Of a stretch of DNA of 64,000 nt, positions 45,670 to 53,854 are shown piece by piece. The translations under genes were made by a program, and so were the position numbers. Positions within the stretch are counted from its first letter, which is position 1. Each line of letters begins with the position of its first letter. The notes beneath the pieces were generated by a model that ran no database searches, had not been told where the DNA came from, and was given only the letters and a program-made list of their open reading frames with translations. Location: the IMG/VR virus record IMGVR_UViG_3300021960_000017, one strand, 5' to 3'. The stretch comes from a virus (Duplodnaviria > Caudoviricetes).

Positions 45670-45687
45670 TTCCTTAAGGAATATTCG

Positions 45688-45990
45688 ATGAGCACAGACA
45701 AAGTCAAAACCAGATACATCACCGCATTTTACACAGTATTTTTAGCAAAACTAAAGCGCATTGAAGAACGCATAGAAGCAGGCACTGCAGACGACGAAGA
45801 CCTTAAAGATCATCAAAGTCTAACCAAGACACTAGCAAAAATTGAAGCACAGGAAAACGGCGTAGAGGCAGGTGACAAAGATGATAAAACACTTGCTCGT
45901 GAACTACTAAAACAGGCAGAAAAACTCACTGCACAAGCATATAGATTAGATCCGTCCTTAGACCCGGCAAATAAACTTAAGGTAGCTTAG
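45688..45990 (+). CDS. Hypothetical protein
   Basis: SD AAGGA. Confidence 0.7.
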   Translation: MSTDKVKTRYITAFYTVFLAKLKRIEERIEAGTADDEDLKDHQSLTKTLAKIEAQENGVEAGDKDDKTLARELLKQAEKLTAQAYRLDPSLDPANKLKVA

Positions 45991-46552
45991 ATTTAATTAA
46001 GTCAACAACTCTTTGGCTTTGAACAATCTCATAGTGGTTACGATCTATTTCAACATGATCCATATCACTACGAGATTTCATACTTGCATGTGTGCAAATA
46101 CCATCGTTTCTACCCGTTAACCAACTAACATCTCCAGCAGTTGATACTACCTGTGTCCAGGGAACATCAATTTTAATAGTCCTGCTGTCTCTTATAAAAC
46201 TACTCTGAGGTGTAATGTCTCTAAAAAGTTGAACGCCGGGATTCATAAATCTACCCCAGGTTGCTATTTCACTACCATTATATGGTGTACTTAAAGTTAT
46301 GCCTCCTATAACTTTATGTCTGTATTCTCTTAAAAGGTATAGGCTATAAATACCGCCCAAACTATGTCCCACAAAGAAGAAGTCTTCTTCGTATTCTCGC
46401 AACTCATCTATAAATCTCTCTATATTTCGGTGTGCACTGCATTCATTACTGTCGTATATGCAGTAATGTATTTTATCAAACTGTAAGCTCTGCTGTATAA
46501 ATGCAAAACTACGCTCGCTTGCATTTGCTCCGTGTGTGTATATGATTCTCAT
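45977..46552 (-). CDS. Alpha/beta hydrolase
   Basis: YTHG, GHSLGG, LSTPYNGS, NDG, NH triad pattern. Confidence 0.85.
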   Translation of the reverse strand: MRIIYTHGANASERSFAFIQQSLQFDKIHYCIYDSNECSAHRNIERFIDELREYEEDFFFVGHSLGGIYSLYLLREYRHKVIGGITLSTPYNGSEIATWGRFMNPGVQLFRDITPQSSFIRDSRTIKIDVPWTQVVSTAGDVSWLTGRNDGICTHASMKSRSDMDHVEIDRNHYEIVQSQRVVDLIKSKLP

Positions 46553-46555
46553 CAA

Positions 46556-46569
46556 ATATTTATAAATAT
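46556..46569. promoter_or_regulatory. Palindromic back-to-back late promoters
   Basis: ATATTTATAAATAT gives TATAAATA on both strands between divergent genes. Confidence 0.6.
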
Positions 46570-46595
46570 GCAAAGTAAAGTTGAGGAGTGCTGAT

Positions 46596-46931
46596 ATGTC
46601 AGACGAAGAAAGAGCCCCAATACGTCAAAAGATAGAACTAGAAGTTGAACTAGACACTAGTGAAAAGGTTGTCCTACCAAACAAATATCAGAATGTTATT
46701 GATCTTGCTAAAGCAGTTGATGCATGGAGAATTTTCCCAAGATTGTTCCTAACAGTTTATATTATTCTACTGTACAAGACCGTTATTTGGTTCATGGCAT
46801 TGCAAGATCCAAATGTAAACCAAGCAGGGTTAATCTCTGTTGTAGTTGGAGCAGGCGCAGCATGGTTTGGTTTGTATACTGGCAGCAGCAAAAAGTTTGA
46901 CGGTGCACCACCAGCAGCACCCAAAAAATAA
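46596..46931 (+). CDS. Small two-TM membrane protein (holin candidate)
   Basis: AVDAWRIFPRLF plus two TM helices; late motif; SD GAGGAG. Confidence 0.5.
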   Translation: MSDEERAPIRQKIELEVELDTSEKVVLPNKYQNVIDLAKAVDAWRIFPRLFLTVYIILLYKTVIWFMALQDPNVNQAGLISVVVGAGAAWFGLYTGSSKKFDGAPPAAPKK

Positions 46932-46937
46932 TAACTA

Positions 46938-46965
46938 TTGACAACTAGATTTCTGCATGTATAAT
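46938..46965 (+). promoter_or_regulatory. sigma70-type promoter for dnaJ-clpA
   Basis: TTGACA-16-TATAAT. Confidence 0.65.
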
Positions 46966-46972
46966 TATATGT

Positions 46973-47830
46973 ATGAACTACTATGATCTCCTTGGTGTAG
47001 AGAAATCTGCATCCGCTGACCAGATTAAAAGTGCTTTTAGGACCAAAGCCAGAAGCACTCATCCTGATGCGGGCGGAGATCCTGAGGATTTTAAGCGTCT
47101 AAATGAAGCATACGAAACACTTAAAGATCCAGGCAAACGTGCTGAATATGACCACGCTAGTAGTGGTGCTGGGCGTATACATGTAAACATTAACGGCAGT
47201 CATCATGACATTTTTAGTAATATTTTTAGAGACATGCACAATGTTTTTGGACAGGAACAGGGACCTTTTGCTGGAACAAGAACATACAGGCGCCAACAAC
47301 GCAATAAAGATTTAAGTATAGAGTACACTTGCAAATTAGAAGACACACTTGCAGAGCAGGTAAAGCAAGTTAGTGTAAAACAAATAAGCGGCGATCGTAG
47401 ATTAGTAGAAATAAAAATACCAATTGGTGTAAAAAATGGTCAGACAATAAGGTATCATAAACTTGGTGACAATACATTTAAGGAGTTGACGCCAGGCGAT
47501 TTACATGTTAAAATTAATATTATTCCAACAAGATTTGAAATTGAAGGGAATAATTTACACTTAAATCATACTATAGACTGTTTTGAAGCAATACTGGGCA
47601 CAACTATACAGGTTAGGACACTGGAAGGCAAAACTCTAAATACAAACATTCCGCCTGGCATACAGCATGGTATGAGCATGGGATTAAAAGGTCATGGGTT
47701 GTATGAGTTTAACAACCCTGGTAACAGAGGCGCATTGCTGGTAAAAGTAAACATCAAAATACCTGAGAACCTAACTCAAGAACAATTAAATATGATTAGA
47801 GCCATTAAGGAAGTTACAGTTGAAACATAG
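46973..47830 (+). CDS. dnaJ: DnaJ/CbpA-like co-chaperone (no Zn finger)
   Basis: J-domain with HPD; C-terminal DnaJ domain (PGDLHV, GALLVKV). Confidence 0.9.
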   Translation: MNYYDLLGVEKSASADQIKSAFRTKARSTHPDAGGDPEDFKRLNEAYETLKDPGKRAEYDHASSGAGRIHVNINGSHHDIFSNIFRDMHNVFGQEQGPFAGTRTYRRQQRNKDLSIEYTCKLEDTLAEQVKQVSVKQISGDRRLVEIKIPIGVKNGQTIRYHKLGDNTFKELTPGDLHVKINIIPTRFEIEGNNLHLNHTIDCFEAILGTTIQVRTLEGKTLNTNIPPGIQHGMSMGLKGHGLYEFNNPGNRGALLVKVNIKIPENLTQEQLNMIRAIKEVTVET

Positions 47831-50087
47831 TCCTCAAATTGACAAAATTGTAGAAATTACAATGAAGGAAGCAAAAAAACGCAATCACAAATATGTGACT
47901 AGCGAACACTTGCTTTATGTACTACTGGGCAACGAACATATATCCGGAATTCTTATAAAATTTGGTGTCCAATTGGACTTGTTTATTGCAGAAGTTCAGG
48001 AATATCTGGACAATAAACTAAAGCCAGAAGAGCAACCTGTAAACGAACCTAAAAAAACACATACTATTGACAGAGTATTCAACCGTGCGTATTCACAAGT
48101 ATTGTTTAGTGGACGCAATGAACTATTAGTAATGGATGTATTAATTAGTTTACTTGCTGAAGCAAACACTATGAGCAGTTATTTTCTACTCAAATACAAT
48201 GTTAACAAAGAAGAACTAATAGAATTTATTACTGTAAATTTTGCCAAAGACTTGTATAATGATCAGGCAAGCAAGTATTATGAAAAGTTATTAGAAGAAT
48301 ATACAACTGACTTTACTAAACTAGCAAAAGATGGTAGTATAGATCCTGCTATTGGTAGAGATTCAATAATAGATGACATTTGCCAGACTATGGCTAGACG
48401 CAACAAAAGTAATGTATTAATGGTTGGAGATCCTGGTGTAGGTAAAACTGCTATAGCAGAAGGTTTGGCAATTAAAATAGTAGAAGATGATGTTCCTGTA
48501 TACCTCAAGGATCATAAAGTTTACAACTTGGATATTGGCGTGTTACTTGCTGGTACTCAGTATAGGGGTCAGTTCGAAGAGCGTGTAAAAGAAGTAATGG
48601 AAGCGTTAATGAACGAGGGTAAATGTATCTTGTTTATTGACGAAGCACATACAATGAAGGGTGCTGGTGCTGGATCCAGCGGCGGTACTGACTTTGCAAA
48701 CATGCTCAAACCATATTTGGGCCGTGGTAAACTTAAAGTTATTGCAAGCACTACCTGGGAAGAATACACAGAGTCATTTGAAAAAGACCGTGCTCTAATG
48801 CGACGCTTCTATCGTGTTACTGTAGATGAGCCAACACCTGCACTAGCAAAGCAAATACTTAATGGTACAGTAAAGTACTATGAAGATTTCCATAATATGG
48901 ATATTTCACCTGACAGTATTGACAGTGCTGTAGATTTAAGTGTCAGATTTATGACTGACAAGCGTTTACCTGACAAGGCATTTGATCTAATTGACAGTGC
49001 CTGTGCAAGACAGAGACTACTGGGTGTAGAACAACCTACAATTACCAAGGAACTTATTGAACTAGAGTGCAGTAAAATTACTGGTATCCCATTGGATCAA
49101 TTAAGCGATACAGTGACTAAAAGCGTAAACCTCATAAAGGTTGAGGAAAAGATCAAGAGCAAAGTTTATGGTCAGGACGAAACTGTAGAAAAGGTAATGG
49201 AAAAAGTTTATGTTAGTAAAGCAGGGCTTGCTCCTAATGATAAACCAATTGGCGTATTCCTTTTCCTAGGCCCAACTGGCACTGGTAAAACAGAACTTGC
49301 TAAACAACTTAGCCAAAGACTTACAATGCAACTGTTACGCTATGACATGAGTGAATATCAGGAACGTCACAGCGTTGCCAGATTTATAGGCGCACCTCCT
49401 GGCTATGTTGGATATGATGATAGCAGTTTAGGCGGCGGGTTATTAATTAGAGATATAGAGCGCAATCCTAACAGCGTTGTCCTGTTTGACGAAATAGAAA
49501 AAGCACACCCTGATGTAACAAATGTTCTCTTACAACTTATGGATGAAGGGTTTATTACTGCTACAAACGGCAAGCGTGTAGACTGTCGTAACACAATTGT
49601 TATTATGACTAGTAACCTGGGTGCACAGGAAATGGAACGCGAGCCCATTGGTTTTGGTAGAACTTCTCGTTCAGGCGAAGATGACAAAGCAATGCAAGAG
49701 TTTTTTAGACCAGAGTTTAGAAACCGCATTGATGCTGTTTGCAAGTTTAACAAACTTGATGCACTTACAAAACGCAAGATTGTTATAAAGTTCGTACAGG
49801 ACTTTACCGACCAATTACAGGAAAAAGGCATCAGTTTACATATAGACGAACCAAGTGTAGATTATATCCTAGATAGAGGATTCGATGAAAAGATGGGTGC
49901 AAGACCTGTTGCTAGAACTGTAGACAAATTACTAAGAGTTCCAGTTAGTAAGGAGTTAGTGGTTGACAACTCGCTAAAAGGCTGTAAAATAAAGGTTAGA
50001 GTTAATAAACATGGTTTACTCCTTAAATTTGTAAGGCAAAATGATGACGAATCTAAGTCAGTTAGAGAAATTAACGTCAAAGTATAA
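47820..50087 (+). CDS. clpA: ClpA-type Clp ATPase with two AAA+ modules
   Basis: Clp-N (EHLL), GDPGVGKT, FIDEAH, RLPDKA, GPTGTGKT, PPGYVG, FDEIEKAH, IGF loop, RPEFRNRID. Confidence 0.92.
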   Translation: MKHSPQIDKIVEITMKEAKKRNHKYVTSEHLLYVLLGNEHISGILIKFGVQLDLFIAEVQEYLDNKLKPEEQPVNEPKKTHTIDRVFNRAYSQVLFSGRNELLVMDVLISLLAEANTMSSYFLLKYNVNKEELIEFITVNFAKDLYNDQASKYYEKLLEEYTTDFTKLAKDGSIDPAIGRDSIIDDICQTMARRNKSNVLMVGDPGVGKTAIAEGLAIKIVEDDVPVYLKDHKVYNLDIGVLLAGTQYRGQFEERVKEVMEALMNEGKCILFIDEAHTMKGAGAGSSGGTDFANMLKPYLGRGKLKVIASTTWEEYTESFEKDRALMRRFYRVTVDEPTPALAKQILNGTVKYYEDFHNMDISPDSIDSAVDLSVRFMTDKRLPDKAFDLIDSACARQRLLGVEQPTITKELIELECSKITGIPLDQLSDTVTKSVNLIKVEEKIKSKVYGQDETVEKVMEKVYVSKAGLAPNDKPIGVFLFLGPTGTGKTELAKQLSQRLTMQLLRYDMSEYQERHSVARFIGAPPGYVGYDDSSLGGGLLIRDIERNPNSVVLFDEIEKAHPDVTNVLLQLMDEGFITATNGKRVDCRNTIVIMTSNLGAQEMEREPIGFGRTSRSGEDDKAMQEFFRPEFRNRIDAVCKFNKLDALTKRKIVIKFVQDFTDQLQEKGISLHIDEPSVDYILDRGFDEKMGARPVARTVDKLLRVPVSKELVVDNSLKGCKIKVRVNKHGLLLKFVRQNDDESKSVREINVKV

Positions 50088-50682
50088 TCTACGCCTAATT
50101 AAAAGCGATAGAAAATTCTATAAAAAATATTGTTACAAATTAGCCTATTATGTGTATAGTGCAAAGTATCCAAACATGGATTACTTTGACAAAATACTGG
50201 ACAAACGAGTATATGCATTCCGTAACAACATGCACATTAGACGAGAGCAGGGCAAGATCAATGTGTATGCTACTAACATTGAAGATTTACAACAGTACAT
50301 TAACGAATTTTCCGAAATGGATTATGTAGAATTAGCATACTTCCCTGAAGATGTTCCAGTAAATGTTAAACTACGAAAAACCCAACCAGAGTATCCGTAT
50401 GAAGTAAAGTTACGCCGGCATGTTAAAAAAGAAACATTACAAACATTCTGGCAAACACATTGTGATAAAATGTGGATCAATAAAGACAGTAAGTATGAAT
50501 TGGATTTAGCGCCAGAACTTAAACAGTTTATCCTATGGATACCAAAAGTAACCCGTACTAAAACTTGGCTAAGTACAACCTGGCGATTTAATGATGAGGA
50601 TGTAAAAAACTTATTTGTGTTCACATTTGGCGAGCATGTACAGCAAGAAACCCTATACAAAAAGGAAAGCACAGATGAATAA
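50041..50682 (+). CDS. Hypothetical protein
   Basis: ORF overlapping the clpA end. Confidence 0.65.
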   Translation: MMTNLSQLEKLTSKYNLRLIKSDRKFYKKYCYKLAYYVYSAKYPNMDYFDKILDKRVYAFRNNMHIRREQGKINVYATNIEDLQQYINEFSEMDYVELAYFPEDVPVNVKLRKTQPEYPYEVKLRRHVKKETLQTFWQTHCDKMWINKDSKYELDLAPELKQFILWIPKVTRTKTWLSTTWRFNDEDVKNLFVFTFGEHVQQETLYKKESTDE

Positions 50683-50944
50683 AAATCTATTGAATACCCT
50701 TGTAGAGCGTAAACTTGTTACTACAGAGACTGTAGTTAAGGCACGAGTACCAACTCGTGGTTTCCATACTGGTGTGTTTATGAGTGTAAAAAACATTCAC
50801 TGGGATCCACGAATGAGTGCAGATAACATAATTGATATTGAAGGTATGGAACCAGAACGGTTTGCTAAAAGTTATGACATTAAGCCTGATGGTACTGCAA
50901 AAGTATACAAAAAACGCGGCAGAAAGCCTAAACTTAACGCATAA
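50675..50944 (+). CDS. Hypothetical protein (start MNKNLL)
   Basis: SD AAGGA; ends with a KKRGRKPK basic hook. Confidence 0.7.
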   Translation: MNKNLLNTLVERKLVTTETVVKARVPTRGFHTGVFMSVKNIHWDPRMSADNIIDIEGMEPERFAKSYDIKPDGTAKVYKKRGRKPKLNA

Positions 50945-50963
50945 ATACTCCTATAAGGAGTAT
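50941..50963 (+). promoter_or_regulatory. Late-promoter motif overlapping an SD-sequestering hairpin
   Basis: ATAAATA overlaps the 5' arm of ATACTCCT / AGGAGTAT. Confidence 0.55.
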
Positions 50964-50967
50964 ACCT

Positions 50968-51132
50968 ATGGCCAAACTCAATGAAGAAATGGTTGTTATC
51001 AAGATTAGTAAACTCTGTAGAGACAATGAAGAAATTGTAACTATGCTTGATGATGATATGACAGCCAGTTTAGAAGCAGTAATTCAAGAACTAGCAGGTC
51101 CTGATAAACTTGTAGAAGTGATTAAAGAATAA
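50968..51132 (+). CDS. Small hypothetical protein (not in ORF track)
   Basis: 54 aa MAKLNEEMVVIKISKL...LVEVIKE; SD AAGGAG; TAATG coupling. Confidence 0.7.
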   Translation: MAKLNEEMVVIKISKLCRDNEEIVTMLDDDMTASLEAVIQELAGPDKLVEVIKE

Positions 51133-51506
51133 TGACAGCAACAACCACAGTAACACTATTACCAACAACAACATTTGGCACTGCTACAGGAAATTATGAT
51201 GGTAGCAGCAGTTCCTTTAACAGCGACAAAGTTAAGGGAGATGGTTACTATGGTTTCGCAGACGGTGTTCATACTATCCAGACACGAGTAACAGGATTGA
51301 TTGGAACAGTAAAAATTCAGGCAACACTCGCAACAGACCCCGCTAGCACAGACTGGGTAGACATTAGTAGTGTAGTTACAAGTGATGGAAGTACAACAGT
51401 AACCAACAGTTACTTTACTAACTTTACTGGCAACTATACCTGGATCAGAATTGCTGTAAGTTCATTTACAGCAGGAACTATAAACAACATTTACCTAGCA
51501 CACTAG
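51132..51506 (+). CDS. Probable virion structural protein
   Basis: Thr/Gly-rich beta-type sequence in a late operon. Confidence 0.6.
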   Translation: MTATTTVTLLPTTTFGTATGNYDGSSSSFNSDKVKGDGYYGFADGVHTIQTRVTGLIGTVKIQATLATDPASTDWVDISSVVTSDGSTTVTNSYFTNFTGNYTWIRIAVSSFTAGTINNIYLAH

Positions 51507-51514
51507 GGCATAAC

Positions 51515-52729
51515 ATGATAACATGGTTATTTGATAACCGTAATCAGTATGGCTATTTGCCAAATCTTGTAAAAGATAATACACTTCAGCCAGGTACTGA
51601 TGCCTGGTATGATCTGTGTATTAAAGAGCCCTACAGTTACGAGTTTAGATTTTTAAAATACTGCATACTAGATAGAGTACCATTTAAATGTGCTCTTGTT
51701 AACAGTGAAATCTGGGAAGGGCCTGCTTACTATCCCGTAAATCTAAACTTTTTTGATCCTGAAATAGATTACTTTAGCCTAATGGATCCACAAAGCCTTG
51801 CAAAATTACAGCAGGGCAGATTTAAGTTTTTGTTTTATTACAGTGAAGGTGATGACATTCACGCTAGTGGTATAGAGTATGCCATAAAAACAATGATGAC
51901 CCGGCATTCAGTAAGTTTAGAAAATGTTGTTTTTATTACTGCAAATGCTAGGATAGGTGGGAAATATCCTTATTTTTATTTCCCGGACGACGAACTTTAT
52001 TATAGATACCTGCACATTAGAAATAAGGATTGGGTACAACAAGTACAACTAGAAACTAAACCCTACAAATTTACATACCTAAACCGTGCAGATAAAGTAT
52101 GGCGCAGAGTATTAGCAAGTAGGTTGCAAGCATTGGGTTGCTTAAAGGATGCACAATTTAGTTATACTGGATATCAGTATGAAACAAGTAGCGTAGAAGA
52201 AGACTCGCCAGAAAATTGGAGTCGTAATTTAAACAGTGAAATATTTAATAGTGTGTATTCTGCATTTGGATTAAGAATACCCTATACATGTGATGACTTG
52301 AGTTTAACAGAACACAATGATCACAAAATTATACATAAACCTCATTTTACTGACAGTTACTGGCAGCTAGTGGCAGAAACACACTTTCATCAAGATACAG
52401 TGTTCTTGACAGAAAAGACATTTAAGTGTATATTAAACTTACAACCTTTCGTAATAGCTGGCAATCCACGGAGTATGCTGCTATTAAGAAAACTTGGTTA
52501 TCAGACATTTGACAGTATAGTGAATGAAAGTTACGATAAAATGGAGGATCCCTTTAGGCGTATGGATGAAATTATAAACATCGTTTACAGTTTAAATGAT
52601 AGATCTCACGAAGACCATGTAAAAATTTTAACGGTTGCTAGACCAATTATTGAGCATAACCAAAGACATTTTCTTGCCCCCAAAGTAGGCAGAATTCAAG
52701 GCTTACTTAAAAGATTGGATTATACATGA
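51515..52729 (+). CDS. Glycosyltransferase-like accessory protein
   Basis: WQLVAETH...FLTEKTFK...QPFVIAG...GYQTF pattern. Confidence 0.45.
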   Translation: MITWLFDNRNQYGYLPNLVKDNTLQPGTDAWYDLCIKEPYSYEFRFLKYCILDRVPFKCALVNSEIWEGPAYYPVNLNFFDPEIDYFSLMDPQSLAKLQQGRFKFLFYYSEGDDIHASGIEYAIKTMMTRHSVSLENVVFITANARIGGKYPYFYFPDDELYYRYLHIRNKDWVQQVQLETKPYKFTYLNRADKVWRRVLASRLQALGCLKDAQFSYTGYQYETSSVEEDSPENWSRNLNSEIFNSVYSAFGLRIPYTCDDLSLTEHNDHKIIHKPHFTDSYWQLVAETHFHQDTVFLTEKTFKCILNLQPFVIAGNPRSMLLLRKLGYQTFDSIVNESYDKMEDPFRRMDEIINIVYSLNDRSHEDHVKILTVARPIIEHNQRHFLAPKVGRIQGLLKRLDYT

Positions 52730-53394
52730 TACATTTTTTTACGCCTTGCTATGGGGGACAAATTAGCGAAGTCACATTCCAAGGATATATCCAATGGACC
52801 GTGATGGCTGTACAACACGACATACCATCTAAAATAGATACACTTAGTAACGAAAGTAATGTAAATCGTGCCCGCAATAGTTGTGTCGCTAAATTTTTAG
52901 CAGGCAGTGGTAGTCATCTTATGTTCGTTGATGCTGACATAAAATGGCGACCTGAACAAGTTGTTAAACTTGCAAGTGCAGACAAAGACATAATTGGGGG
53001 TCTATATCCTCAAAAAATAATTCCTCCTCGTTTAGTGGTTAATACAATACCCGATGCAGAGCGTGAAGGTGACCTACTAGAAGTAGGCACTATTGGCACA
53101 GGTTTTATGCTTATTAAGCGCACAGTATTTGAGCAAATGATAGAAAATGGTGCACCAAAATATACAGATAACATAGGGCTTGGCAGTGAGTTTAGCGATT
53201 ATCAGTATGATTTCTTTAACTGCACTATAGATCCTAAAGGTAGATACTTAACAGAAGACTGGAGTTTTTGTTATAATTGGCGCAGCATGGGCGGCAAGAT
53301 CTGGGCAGATACTAGTATAGAACTAGGACATGTAGGGTACCATAGGTTTATGCCAGATATGGAAGCATTTAGGAAAGAATATGGAATCAGTTGA
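52726..53394 (+). CDS. GT-A fold glycosyltransferase-like protein
   Basis: TPCY, RARN, LMFVDADI (DxD), GTGFMLIKR, TEDWSFC. Confidence 0.75.
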   Translation: MIHFFTPCYGGQISEVTFQGYIQWTVMAVQHDIPSKIDTLSNESNVNRARNSCVAKFLAGSGSHLMFVDADIKWRPEQVVKLASADKDIIGGLYPQKIIPPRLVVNTIPDAEREGDLLEVGTIGTGFMLIKRTVFEQMIENGAPKYTDNIGLGSEFSDYQYDFFNCTIDPKGRYLTEDWSFCYNWRSMGGKIWADTSIELGHVGYHRFMPDMEAFRKEYGIS

Positions 53395-53839
53395 AGTTAA
53401 ACTTGAATTAACTGGTGTAGGTTTTGATAATCGCTGGCCCAGATGCAGAGTTCTAGTAAATGAAACATTATACTTTGATGATGTTGTGCAAGGTACAAAA
53501 GAAATAGTATTCAATGCCGATCTTGAAGATGACACTCAGAATAAACTAATAGTAGATTATTATAATAGAGATTTCAGAAAAGATGTTATTTTAGGTCCAG
53601 ATGGCCTGCCTGAAAAGGCTACTTCTGTTACAGTACAAAATTTATCCATGGATGGTATTGAACTTGAACACCTCCCATATATGCACTCATATCAAGAAAT
53701 ATACGAGCCCTGGTATTTAGATCAGGATAGAGAAGAGTTTCCTAATCCTCGTAGAGAAGATATGCAACTTAGTTGGAATGGACGTTGGACACTTGATTTT
53801 ACAACACCATTTTACATCTGGTTATTAGAAAATTTGTAA
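53381..53839 (+). CDS. Hypothetical protein
   Basis: ORF; resembles 12545..12967 in C-terminal NG-hydrophobic motif. Confidence 0.7.
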   Translation: MESVEVKLELTGVGFDNRWPRCRVLVNETLYFDDVVQGTKEIVFNADLEDDTQNKLIVDYYNRDFRKDVILGPDGLPEKATSVTVQNLSMDGIELEHLPYMHSYQEIYEPWYLDQDREEFPNPRREDMQLSWNGRWTLDFTTPFYIWLLENL

Positions 53840-53854
53840 CAAATAAATACATGT

